From Methanopyrus kandleri AV19 (lineage in GTDB: Archaea; JAADCQ01; Methanopyri; Methanopyrales; Methanopyraceae), in contig NC_003551.1 of NCBI RefSeq assembly GCF_000007185.1, forward strand, positions 1,020,001 through 1,052,000: DNA of 32,000 nt, in the 5' to 3' direction. Positions 1 to 9,499 of the stretch are shown here, piece by piece. Below the pieces are notes generated by a model. The model was not told the DNA's origin. It saw nothing but the letters and a program-made list of their open reading frames with translations, and ran no database searches. Both the position numbers and the translations under genes were made by a program. Each line of letters starts with the position of its first letter. Position 1 is the first letter of the stretch.

Positions 1-367
1 GTACGCCCTTCTCGGGACCACCCGGGCAGTACGCACAACGGCCATGTGGACACGGATAGGGCTTCGTCATCACCGCGACGACGGCCACGCCCGAGATCGA
101 TCGGACGGGTTTCTTCACGACGATCTCTCGGAGTTTCTCGCGCTCCTCCGGGGTTGCGCGTTCCAGGACGTCCGCGTCCGTGGGGAACTTCGAAAGACCG
201 TATTTCCTGCAGACCTCGCGCTTGGCCTCCTGTAGCTCGCCTTTAGTTCGGATCTCACCCGACAGCATCTTCTCCACGAGTTCGCGGCACGCCATGTCGA
301 AGGCGTCGGCCTCGGACACATCTCTCACCCCCGTACGGTTCTCCGGTACCGTGGGGGCGCAACACAT
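1..367 (-). CDS. elp3: Elp3-family radical SAM / tRNA uridine-34 carboxymethyl-modifying enzyme, N-terminal part, truncated by the left window edge
   Basis: Not in the supplied ORF track. Manual minus-strand translation from ATG at 367 (alternative GTG at 319) is open to base 1: [121 protein letters not shown]. The [32 protein letters not shown] block is the archaeal Elp3 signature. Confidence 0.93.
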   Translation of the reverse strand, partial: [122 protein letters not shown]

Positions 368-436
368 TTAATCGATCGTCGGGAGGGTACAGCTGGCGCC
401 GGATGGAACTGGTGAAATCCGGCGTTTGTGGGGATC

Positions 437-514
<78 letters not shown>

Positions 515-722
515 GTTCGATTCGTTATGGATTTTATAACGTTCATCGGGGCGGTGGAGCGCGGCTCCGGTTAAGGTTGTGTGGGCTTCCGCGCGCTCCC
601 CCGAGACGATGGTGCCTACCCCACCCGACCAGGAATATCCTCGACAGCACCCGATGCGCCCGCTGTCTATATCGTGATTTCGACGATGACCGAAGATCGG
701 ACTCCATCGGGGGTCAGGGGAG

Positions 723-1256
723 TTGCCTAAGATCCCCGTCGGCTTAGGGTACAAGCTGGCGTACAAGGGCGCCAAATTGGGGCTTTGGAAGTGGGGAACC
801 ACGGCGAAGACGGGGTTCTTCTCACTGATACTCCACTCCCTGATCTTCGGCCCCCTGGGTGTGGCGATCGTCATCGCCACGCTCTTCCACGAGTTAGGTC
901 ACTACCTGGCGTGCAAACTGCTCGACGTTCCCGCGTCCCCGCCGGTGTTCCTCCCCCTCGGAGGCGCGTTCGTTCAGCACGGGTGGACGGATCCGGATAA
1001 AGAGGTGTTCATCGCGGCGGCGGGACCCTTCGGTGGGGCTCTAGCAGGAATCCCGCTCCTGGTAATCTATCCGAAAGCGGCCGTGTGGAACGGGCTGATA
1101 CAGCTGTTTAACCTGCTTCCCATACCGCCTCTGGACGGGAGTAAGGTACTGCGTGGGCTCTGGATGCCCAGTCCGACCGCGTGGATCGGCGTGGCGACGG
1201 CGGTACTCGCCGCAGCCCTCTCGCTGGTCGGTATCCTCATGGGTTTGCACGCGTAG
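723..1256 (+). CDS. M50-family (site-2-protease-like) membrane zinc metalloprotease
   Basis: HELGHYLA (HExxH) in a transmembrane segment and a distal NLLPIPPLDGSKVL motif; TTG start. Confidence 0.85.
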   Translation: MPKIPVGLGYKLAYKGAKLGLWKWGTTAKTGFFSLILHSLIFGPLGVAIVIATLFHELGHYLACKLLDVPASPPVFLPLGGAFVQHGWTDPDKEVFIAAAGPFGGALAGIPLLVIYPKAAVWNGLIQLFNLLPIPPLDGSKVLRGLWMPSPTAWIGVATAVLAAALSLVGILMGLHA

Positions 1257-1421
1257 CGTTAATCCACCTGGACTAACCGACCCATTCGAGGATACGTCCC
1301 GGTACGGTTCGGATCTTCACCGTTCCCTCGATCGCACGTCGACCCGACATCCAGCCCGGAGGGACCCCCTCACGTTCGTCACGGTGCCGTCCAGAACCCC
1401 GCTCGGTATCTCCACGAGGTG

Positions 1422-2282
1422 TTACGAGGAGGGCATTTCGAGCCGCCCACGTCCACAGAGGACGTCCGCGAGCGCCATCCTGGCCAGACCACGGGCCAGG
1501 TTCTCGACGGCCAGCTCGTCACGCACCCTGGCTATCTCCCGTAACCGTTCTACCAGCTCCGAGGCCGTACGCCTGGGTGAGTCCGAGTTCCGGTACCGCT
1601 TCGCGTAAGGGCATTCGGGTTCCACCTTCGGGAGACCCAGTCGGGACGTCACCTCGTGATACACGCGGGCTGTGCGAAGCTCGCTCACCACGTACAGCGG
1701 TCGTAGTAGTAGCGCGTCGTCCTCCTCCAGTAGATCCGCCGGCGGGAAGGTACCGGCGTCCCGCCTTCGGTTCACGCTCATCAGGAGGGTCTCGATCGCG
1801 TCCTCGGCAGTATGACCGTAGACCACCACGTCATGTCGCTCCGCGAGGATTCTACGCCTGATCGCCGAGCAGATCTTGCACGGGGGCTTGTTCAGCTCCT
1901 CCGATGGCTCGGCCACGTCTTCCTCGGCGCGGACCAGCTCGAACTCGTATCCCAGGGCCTTCGCCATTCGATCGAGCTCCTTCCGGTAAGGCCGCCAGAC
2001 TTCCACTCCGCGGACTCTCACGTCCACCGTGACGAGCTTGGGGTTCACGTCCCACTCCCGGAGGAACGGCTCGAGCGCCAGAGCACAGGTAAAGCTATCC
2101 TTCCCGCCGCTGAATCCTATCGCCAAGTCACCTTTCGGCTCGTCGAACGCCTTTTGAACGATCTTCAGCAGACCCGCCACGTTCCGGTAGATCCTCATGT
2201 AATCCTCACCGTAAACCGAGTCGGGAGCGAGAGGGCGCGCATCCCACGATATCGTCAGCCCTTCCAGCTCGGTCACCTCCAT
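1422..2282 (-). CDS. TtcA/TtuA-like PP-loop ATPase, probable tRNA or small-molecule sulfurtransferase
   Basis: PP-loop IGFSGGKDSFTCALAL, CKICSAIRR cysteines, HTAEDAIETLLM. Start set at the internal ATG (MEVTELEGLT...) because the upstream 45 aa of the track ORF looks non-coding. Confidence 0.8.
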   Translation of the reverse strand: MEVTELEGLTISWDARPLAPDSVYGEDYMRIYRNVAGLLKIVQKAFDEPKGDLAIGFSGGKDSFTCALALEPFLREWDVNPKLVTVDVRVRGVEVWRPYRKELDRMAKALGYEFELVRAEEDVAEPSEELNKPPCKICSAIRRRILAERHDVVVYGHTAEDAIETLLMSVNRRRDAGTFPPADLLEEDDALLLRPLYVVSELRTARVYHEVTSRLGLPKVEPECPYAKRYRNSDSPRRTASELVERLREIARVRDELAVENLARGLARMALADVLCGRGRLEMPSS

Positions 2283-2729
2283 CGCCTCGCTTCCCCCTCT
2301 CGAACCGCACGACCGCCGGCTCCGAAACCGCCCTCCATACGGTCGTGGGCTCACCTCGACGGGAACCTCGCCACCGTGCGAGCAATGGCCGTACCGCGGT
2401 AGAGCCGGACCATACACGTCGGCGCTCGAGAGGGGAGCCCGACCTGATCACACTACCACCGGTCGGAACGAATGGATCCGACGTCTACAGGGCCACCGGC
2501 GGGAAGAAAACGATGTGTCGACCGAGGGCCGTTGGTGGGAGTGCACCTCCTCCCGCGGCCGGGAGTCGGTACCGAGCGGGGCCTCCTCACCGAATCGGTC
2601 GCCACCACCCTCCCCATCATCGTGTTCCGCGGCGCTCGGCAGCGGTCTCCTCGATCATCCCTCCGGCCGGTCTCCCCCGCCCGCTCCTCACAGCTCCGAG
2701 ATCATCCGAGCGTCGGGTGGTGATACACC

Positions 2730-3809
2730 TTGTGGGAGGCCGAGAGGACGCTGGCTTTAGTATACCATGAGGAGTACCTCCGACACGAACAGCACCCCAC
2801 GCATCCGGAACGTCGTGAGCGTCTCTCCTACACGGTGGACAGGTTCGAAGAGGAGGGGTTGTTCGAGATCGAGGGGATCGATCTAGTTGAGCCCGACCCC
2901 GTCGACCGCGAGGTGATCGAACTCGTACATGATCCCGAACACGTGGAGCTGATCCGGCGGATGAGCGAGTCGGGCGGTGGTATGATCGACCTGGACACCG
3001 CCGTCGCTCCGGAGACCTACGATCAGGCCCTGCTAGCGGCCGGAGGCTCCGTTCTCGCCGTCGAGCTGGTCGTGCGGGGAGAGTACGACACGGCTTTCGC
3101 GATGGTTCGACCGCCGGGCCACCATGCCGGTCGCGCCAAGGCTGCCGGCTTCTGCTACTTCAATAACGCGGCGATCGCCGCCGAGTATGCGATCCGCGAG
3201 CTGGGCGTGGATTCCGTCGCCATCCTGGACTGGGACGCCCACCACGGTGACGGGACTCAGGAGATCTTCTACGACCGTGACGACGTGCTCTACGTCTCGA
3301 TACACCAGGACGGGCGCACCCTGTATCCCGGCACGGGCTTCCCGTACGAGGCGGGTGAGGGGCCAGGTGAAGGGTACACCGTGAACATCCCCGTGCTCCC
3401 GCGTTCCGGTGATCGGACGTACCGTGAAGCCTTCCAGCGGATCGTGGAGCCTGTGGTGCGGGAATTCGACCCCGATCTGATCCTGATCTCCGCGGGTCAG
3501 GACTGCCACTTCACGGACCCAATCACGGATCTCGCGGTCACGGCTGAGGGATACCGGTGGATGATGCAACGGGCGACCGAGCTCGCGGAGGACCTGGGAG
3601 CTTCGGGACCCGTCGCCGTGCTGGAGGGGGGTTATTCCGTCGAGGACGGGCTCCCGTACACCAACCTGGGCGTCGTATGTGGTATGGCGGGGGTTCCGGC
3701 CGATCTGCGGGAGCCCATGGATCCACAGGAGGAGAATCCGCGGGGGCCGGAGGGGGTTCGAAAGGTGGCCCGTGAGCACTCCCGGTACTGGACCTCTGTG
3801 AAGGCGTGA
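2730..3809 (+). CDS. Histone deacetylase / acetoin utilization (class II HDAC) family protein
   Basis: HPERRERL, RPPGHHAGRAKAAGFCYFNNAAIAAEYA, ILDWDAHHGDGTQEIFY, SAGQDCH, LEGGY motifs. Confidence 0.9.
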   Translation: MWEAERTLALVYHEEYLRHEQHPTHPERRERLSYTVDRFEEEGLFEIEGIDLVEPDPVDREVIELVHDPEHVELIRRMSESGGGMIDLDTAVAPETYDQALLAAGGSVLAVELVVRGEYDTAFAMVRPPGHHAGRAKAAGFCYFNNAAIAAEYAIRELGVDSVAILDWDAHHGDGTQEIFYDRDDVLYVSIHQDGRTLYPGTGFPYEAGEGPGEGYTVNIPVLPRSGDRTYREAFQRIVEPVVREFDPDLILISAGQDCHFTDPITDLAVTAEGYRWMMQRATELAEDLGASGPVAVLEGGYSVEDGLPYTNLGVVCGMAGVPADLREPMDPQEENPRGPEGVRKVAREHSRYWTSVKA

Positions 3810-4356
3810 GACCTTCGGGTGACGTCGAGGGCTTATACCTGGCGGTATGACGTATCGAGCGGGGCTCAGCTGCAACCGGTAATGTCCGGCAGTTCGTGAT
3901 CTCACGCGGTAACTCGCGCCGGTGTCGACACTTACTCCGACGCTTCTTCGCCACGTTATCACCCCCTCCGGGCGATGAGGATCGGTAGATAGGGTGATCG
4001 GGTGATCGGGACCGCCGTTGCCGAGCCGGGTCCTGGAAGTTAAGGTCGGAGGGCGCGTAGGTCCCTTGACTCTCTTCCTCGAAAATCTGAACGGACTGGA
4101 TCGATCGGAGCGGAGGTTCGAATCGCCCTTTCGGACGATGACACCGGTGAGACGCAGCACGTCAACGGCTACTTCCGGACGTTATCCGTCCGGTCTGAGC
4201 TCGAGACCGTCCCTGCCGATCGGGACGCCCGTCGGTGGCTACCGCGGTTGACAGGGCTAGAGGCACATGCGGCTCACGGTTCGGGGGCGGGGGTATCGCT
4301 GGAGGGGGCGTGGGACCGACGTATCGGTGAGTGGGTGCCTGGGAGTCGATGGGGCT

Positions 4357-6507
4357 TCATCGCCCACGACTGAACACGCGGCTGATCACCACGTACAGCG
4401 CCGGGAAGCCCACGAGCACCAGCGTCAGCGTCGAAAGCACTCCTATCCCCTGGTAGAGTCCCATGTTCCTCATGATACCCGTGTGAGACAGCAGCAACGA
4501 GAGGAAACCGATCGCCGAGGTCAGCCCGCTGAACAGTACGCCGGGTCCCGCTCGCTCCATCGTATGGGTCCAAGCCTCCTTGACGCCGTGCTCCTTCCGC
4601 TCTTCCCGGTAACGTGAGGCCAGGAACACGCAGTAGTCCATTCCGATACCGAGCAGTATACATATCGTGGTTTGCATGGCCAGGAACGACGGCACTATCC
4701 GCAGCACGCCGCCCAGGAGTCCAATAGCCCATAGGATGCCCGAGCCGATGGCGACGAGCCCGAAGACCGGCGGTATCGGGTTTCGAAAGGCGATCGTCGG
4801 TATCGCCAACACGCCGATCGCCGACGCGATGGTGGACCGGCGCATGTCCTCGTTCACCTGCTCGTGCATCTCCGCGAACGCCACCGGGAGACCCGTGACC
4901 CCCACCTTCACGCCCGTGGGTGGGTGTTCGTGCCGGACCATGTCCAGGATCTTCCGACCTTGCACCTTCGGGTCCCCTGGTTTCAGTTGTACCTGGATCA
5001 CGGCGACCTTCCCGTCCCCCGAGATGACTCCTTTCTCCATGTCCTCGACCTTCGGCTCGAGGGCCGAGCGGATCGGCGCCGGCAGACGTTCTACGGTCTT
5101 CTCCATCCCGATCACGTCGGGGGCTCCGAACACGCGGGCGGCCACGCCGGTGCGCTTCGCGTCTCGCTTCAACTTCTCCATGAAGCGGACTACCTTCGGA
5201 TCTCGGACGTCCCGCGCCTCCACGACGATCGTGGCGAAGTGATGGCTCACGTCCATGTGCTTCTCGAGTACGTCCCGGGCCTTCAGGGACGGTAGGTTGT
5301 GCCCCAGGAACTTCTCGATGTTGACCTCTGGCTTCACGCCGGCCGCTCCGTACCCGAGTAGACCCGTGATGGCGAGCAGCGCGACGATCGCCGGGACCGG
5401 GTGCCTCACGGGTATCGAGAGTACCTTCCAGCTTTCCTCCTTCTTCTCGGAACTCTTCCGCCCGATCGGTATCGACTGAAGCAGGCTCGGCAGGACGAGC
5501 AGCGTCAGCGCGACGGCCGTGAGGATGCCCGCCACGATACCGAGTCCGATCTCCGAGACCATCCTGAACTCCGACAGGGCCAGGGCGGCGAAACCCGCGG
5601 ACGCCGTGAGACCGGTGATCAGCACGGCTCGACCCGCACGTCGGACCGCCGTGAGGATGGCCTCGCCCTTAGCGCGTCCCTTGATGTCGTACTCCTCCTG
5701 GAAGCGTGTCAGCGTGAAGATCACGTAATCTATACCGACACCGAGCATGAGCACTACGGTCAGGAGGACCGTCGCGTAGAACGGGGCGAACCCCAGCCAG
5801 TACATGATCCCCAAGACCCATGCCACGGCGGACAGGATGATCGTGAGTCCGAGGACCGGGGCCCACCATCGCCGGAAGTCGACGTACAGAACCGCTGCGA
5901 CGGCGGCTGATACGAGGGCGGTCACTGTGACCAGATCCTTGAGGAAGCCCCGATAGAAGTCGTAGTTGATGGCCGGGGAGCCCGTGACGTCGGCGAACTT
6001 GACGGACTTCGGTTTGTCCCGCTCGAGCGATCGCCGAACGTCCGGCACGACCTTACGGTAATCCGCGTCCGACTTCAGTCCCACTCTGATGATCGCGACC
6101 TTGTGGTCCTTACTGACGAACATCTCCTTCGACCGTTCCATCTCCGACATCAGAGGTCGAAGACCTGGCATAGTGACGGCGGCCGGGAAGTTCGCCGGGC
6201 TCTCCCTGAGAACGTCTGGAGCTCCCCGAACATTCTCGACGTAAGGCTTGGAGCGCAACCTGTCCTCGATACGGCGCATGTAATCGAGGACCGGTTTCCG
6301 GGTGACGTCGTCCGCCTCGATGACGATCAGTAGGGTCTTCGTCGAAGTGCCCAGCTCACGCTCCACGACGTGCTGCCATTTCATGGACTCGAACCGATCC
6401 GGTAAGTACTTCGTTTGATCTACCTCCACATTCAGGTGGAGCGCTCCGTACGCCATGACCGCCGTCAGAGCCAGGAAGGACAGTATTATCGCCGTCCTGA
6501 ACCTCAA
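4357..6507 (-). CDS. RND superfamily / MMPL-like transport protein
   Basis: 716 aa with duplicated architecture, large extracytoplasmic loops, GIGIDYVIFTLTRFQEEY and GIGMDYCVFLASRYREE motifs, and a fragmentary Patched/RND-like TM pattern. Confidence 0.88.
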   Translation of the reverse strand: MRFRTAIILSFLALTAVMAYGALHLNVEVDQTKYLPDRFESMKWQHVVERELGTSTKTLLIVIEADDVTRKPVLDYMRRIEDRLRSKPYVENVRGAPDVLRESPANFPAAVTMPGLRPLMSEMERSKEMFVSKDHKVAIIRVGLKSDADYRKVVPDVRRSLERDKPKSVKFADVTGSPAINYDFYRGFLKDLVTVTALVSAAVAAVLYVDFRRWWAPVLGLTIILSAVAWVLGIMYWLGFAPFYATVLLTVVLMLGVGIDYVIFTLTRFQEEYDIKGRAKGEAILTAVRRAGRAVLITGLTASAGFAALALSEFRMVSEIGLGIVAGILTAVALTLLVLPSLLQSIPIGRKSSEKKEESWKVLSIPVRHPVPAIVALLAITGLLGYGAAGVKPEVNIEKFLGHNLPSLKARDVLEKHMDVSHHFATIVVEARDVRDPKVVRFMEKLKRDAKRTGVAARVFGAPDVIGMEKTVERLPAPIRSALEPKVEDMEKGVISGDGKVAVIQVQLKPGDPKVQGRKILDMVRHEHPPTGVKVGVTGLPVAFAEMHEQVNEDMRRSTIASAIGVLAIPTIAFRNPIPPVFGLVAIGSGILWAIGLLGGVLRIVPSFLAMQTTICILLGIGMDYCVFLASRYREERKEHGVKEAWTHTMERAGPGVLFSGLTSAIGFLSLLLSHTGIMRNMGLYQGIGVLSTLTLVLVGFPALYVVISRVFSRGR

Positions 6508-6716
6508 CTCGACGGCCCTCGGGCCGGAAGACTAGACCGTGCTTTCATCCCTTCACCCCGTCACCTCGGATGCATTCAGGTTAGTTACGGGACTCGTGAC
6601 GATTCGGCCGGGGCCGTTGGACACATCGTGACGAAAGCACCTGCCCGACTCTGCGGCGCTCCGTTCCGAATCTCCAAGGGGTATCGGGTGCCTCCCCTTT
6701 ACGCAGTACTCGGACC

Positions 6717-7487
6717 GTGGGTAATGTACGCGTTCCCGCAGCCCTCAAGATGGTCCCCTGTTCCGCCCTCGCCGGGGAGGATCGGTTGTCCCTCGTGGCG
6801 GCTAGAAATCCACCTGACCCGCGGAAATTGGGTTCCTTCAAGGTGCGCCGGTGCGCGGCCTGCGGGCGGCTGATGCGGATAGAGCTGTCGGAGTGCAACT
6901 GCGTCCGCTGCAACGACCTCCGCGGTGAGCCCCTGGAGGAGGGCCCTTACATCGAGAACTCGGGCCCGTACTGCGATCGGTGCCGGGGCGGGGTCGAGCC
7001 CACGAGCCGACTGCCGGAGGTGGCCGTCGCGGTGTGTTTCCTCACGGACCGCAGGAACCACGACGTCCTGTACCGGGCTGCGGGTGCGCTGGCCGAGGTG
7101 GTCCCGCGACTCCGGGAAGAACGTCGGTTCGTGGCGGTGGGGACCCCGGTCGACGATCTGTACTTCAACCTCCGCTGCGGGATGGAGGCCGGGATCGACT
7201 TCGGAATCCGCGCGCAGATGTCCTCGATCTTCACGCACATGGGGCCCGAGTACCTCGTGATCGCCCACAATCCCGTGCGTAAGCTGCGGGGCCGACCCCG
7301 AGAGCGCTTCAGGTACACACTCGAGAGTAACATCGAGGAGCTACGCCGCGTGATCGTCCTCGAAGACGTCGTCCGTAACACCGACTTCAAGTCCGTGTAC
7401 CGGGACTTGGGTCGGGAGTACCCGGACGTGTTCGTTTTCGCGAGCTCCGGGGAGGTGGAAAAGCTCGTGGATGCACTCCGGAAGTAG
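6717..7487 (+). CDS. Uncharacterised protein with N-terminal cysteine clusters (putative zinc ribbon or metal site)
   Basis: Open ORF tightly followed by the next gene (3 nt gap). CAAC...CNCVRC...CDRC spacing and a C-terminal alpha/beta-like region. The start is uncertain. Confidence 0.65.
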   Translation: MGNVRVPAALKMVPCSALAGEDRLSLVAARNPPDPRKLGSFKVRRCAACGRLMRIELSECNCVRCNDLRGEPLEEGPYIENSGPYCDRCRGGVEPTSRLPEVAVAVCFLTDRRNHDVLYRAAGALAEVVPRLREERRFVAVGTPVDDLYFNLRCGMEAGIDFGIRAQMSSIFTHMGPEYLVIAHNPVRKLRGRPRERFRYTLESNIEELRRVIVLEDVVRNTDFKSVYRDLGREYPDVFVFASSGEVEKLVDALRK

Positions 7488-7490
7488 GGG

Positions 7491-8459
7491 ATGATCCCAA
7501 CGCTTACCGGTCGTACGGACGACCCGGACCGGTTGATGCGCGGTCTGGAGGAACTGGGTTGGACCGTCCGCGAGAAAGGTGACCGACTCGTCGCGATCTC
7601 ACCCGGGGGTCAGCAGGTGGAGGCGAATCGGGAGACCGGCGAACTCAGGATCACGGGACGGGGAGAGGGAACGGCGGCTAGGACCCTGGTCAAGCTGGCG
7701 GTCAAGCTCGGAGCCGAGGTTGAGCTCGAGGGGCTGTCCTCCGAAGACCGGCGCCCCCTAGTGTACGGCCCGGTACCCTCGCGCAGGCTCGGCACTTCCC
7801 TGGGTATCGACCTCCCGCGCGGGATGTGCACGCACGACTGTGAGTACTGCAGTGTGGGGGTCTCGAGGCGCGTTTCACCGCACGAGCGGTTCACGGTAGA
7901 CCCGGTCGCGGTTAGGGAGGAGCTGTCCGAGACGCTACGGCGTTGCGACCCGGATGCCGTCACCTTCGCGGGAGTGGGCGAGCCGACGCTCTGTGCGAAC
8001 CTCAGGGAGATCGCCGAGGAGATACGCCCGCTCGTGGAAGGTGTCGGGGCGGAGGTAGTGCTCCTGACCAACTCGACGTGGGTTTCGGAGTGCGCGGACG
8101 TGGTGGACGTGGCCGTGGCCAGTCTCGACTGCGCCCGTGAGGACCTGTACCGGACGATCAACCGGCCGCATCCGGACATGTCGCTGGAACACCTGGTGGA
8201 GGAGCTGAGCCAGTGCGATCCCGGCGACGTGGTGGTCGAGGTGTTACTATGCCGGGTGGGGAAGATAACAAACGCCGATCCGGACCACCTGAGGGAGCTG
8301 GCGGATCTACTCGGCTCTATCGGTCTCGAGAGGGTACAGCTCAATACCGTGGCGAGACCTCCGGCGCGAGGTCGGGCGGAGCCGGTCGGTCGTGACGAGT
8401 TGCTCGTGGCCCGTCGTACCTTAGAGTCGTGCGGACTCGAGGTCTCGGTCTACAGGTAG
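7491..8459 (+). CDS. Radical SAM protein (COG0731-like) with an extra ~90 aa N-terminal domain
   Basis: YGPVPSRRLGTSLGIDLPRGMCTHDCEYCSVG (CX3CX2C), FAGVGEPTLCANL. Confidence 0.82.
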   Translation: MIPTLTGRTDDPDRLMRGLEELGWTVREKGDRLVAISPGGQQVEANRETGELRITGRGEGTAARTLVKLAVKLGAEVELEGLSSEDRRPLVYGPVPSRRLGTSLGIDLPRGMCTHDCEYCSVGVSRRVSPHERFTVDPVAVREELSETLRRCDPDAVTFAGVGEPTLCANLREIAEEIRPLVEGVGAEVVLLTNSTWVSECADVVDVAVASLDCAREDLYRTINRPHPDMSLEHLVEELSQCDPGDVVVEVLLCRVGKITNADPDHLRELADLLGSIGLERVQLNTVARPPARGRAEPVGRDELLVARRTLESCGLEVSVYR

Positions 8460-8845
8460 CTCAGGGCGTACCACACGGCGGTCGTCGTAGGTACCGACGT
8501 GGTCAGTGAGGATACGAGCATCGCTTTGGCCATGCTCTCGGATCGTCCGGGCACGTAGGAGAGTAGCAGCGTCACCGGTGGGGTTAGGATGAGCGCGGGC
8601 CCGGTCCATGCGGCGAGTTCCGGGCGCCCGAGTAGGACGGATCCCACGGAGAGCGTGTACGCGGCGGCCACTCCGGCGCACGGTGAGGCGAGTCCCAGGT
8701 AAAGGCCCGCTCGCCTGACGACCGCGCGCGCCTCGCCCTCGGAGGCGACTCGGGATCGGAGGATGACTCTCAGTCCGGGAAGGCCGATGAGCGCCAACGC
8801 CGGCACTAGTATCGGTCCCCACTTGAGTACGCGTTCGGCTAACAT
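8450..8845 (-). CDS. Small predicted polytopic membrane protein, function unknown
   Basis: Minus-strand ORF from ATG at 8845 (MLAERVLKWGPILVPALALIG...TTAVWYALSYL) with about four hydrophobic segments. It is the only credible part of the 575-aa track ORF 8450..10177. Confidence 0.6.
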   Translation of the reverse strand: MLAERVLKWGPILVPALALIGLPGLRVILRSRVASEGEARAVVRRAGLYLGLASPCAGVAAAYTLSVGSVLLGRPELAAWTGPALILTPPVTLLLSYVPGRSESMAKAMLVSSLTTSVPTTTAVWYALSYL

Positions 8846-8914
8846 CTGCATTCGGGGGAATCCCCCGTCATTTAACCCCCGAGACTGACCGGTTCGCCGG
8901 GGAGGTGATACGGG

Positions 8915-9487
8915 TTGAAGATCGCGATCACGGGCACGCCGGGTGTCGGGAAGACGACGGTGTGTGAGGCACTCCGTGATCTCGGGTTCGACGTGGTGCA
9001 CTTGAATAAGGTCGCGCGGGAGATGGACGCGATCCTCGAGGAGGACGAGCAACGTCAGGCTAAGGTGGTGGATCTTCACGCGCTCAGGCGGTACGTGGAG
9101 GAGTGGGAACCTGAGTCCGATCCGGCGTTCGTGGAGTCTCATTACGCCCACTTGATGCCGACGGACCTCGTGATAGTCCTCCGACTTCATCCCTCGGAGC
9201 TGGAGCGACGACTGAAGGAAAAGGGTTACCCGCCCGAGAAGATCGCGGAGAACCTGGAGGCGGAGTTCGTCGGTGTCTGTTACGGGGAAGCCGTGGAAGT
9301 ACGGTCCGAAGGATGCTTCATCCGACCGCCGGAGGACGTGATCCAGGTGAACGTCACGGGCTTGAGCCGCGCCGAGGCGGCCGATCGGGTCCTCGAGGCC
9401 GTGAACCACCGTCGGGGTGACGACGTGGACTGGCTCTCCGACGAGGAGGCGCAACGGACAGTCGAGCGTTACCTGAAGTACCGATGA
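8915..9487 (+). CDS. Adenylate kinase 6 / Fap7-like P-loop NTPase
   Basis: [34 protein letters not shown] and [11 protein letters not shown]...[27 protein letters not shown] are typical of archaeal AK6/Fap7; TTG start. Confidence 0.87.
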
Positions 9488-9499
9488 GGGGGTCGAAGC

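Noticed and set aside
3033-4160. 375-aa minus-strand ORF
   Set aside because: Antisense to the HDAC-family gene over most of its length, with an Arg/Pro/Thr-rich low-information composition typical of spurious frames in GC-rich DNA.
6539-6655. Inverted 8-mer GTGCTTTC / GAAAGCAC between the RND gene and the 6717 gene
   Set aside because: The arms are about 100 bp apart and short enough to arise by chance. No supporting terminator or operator context.
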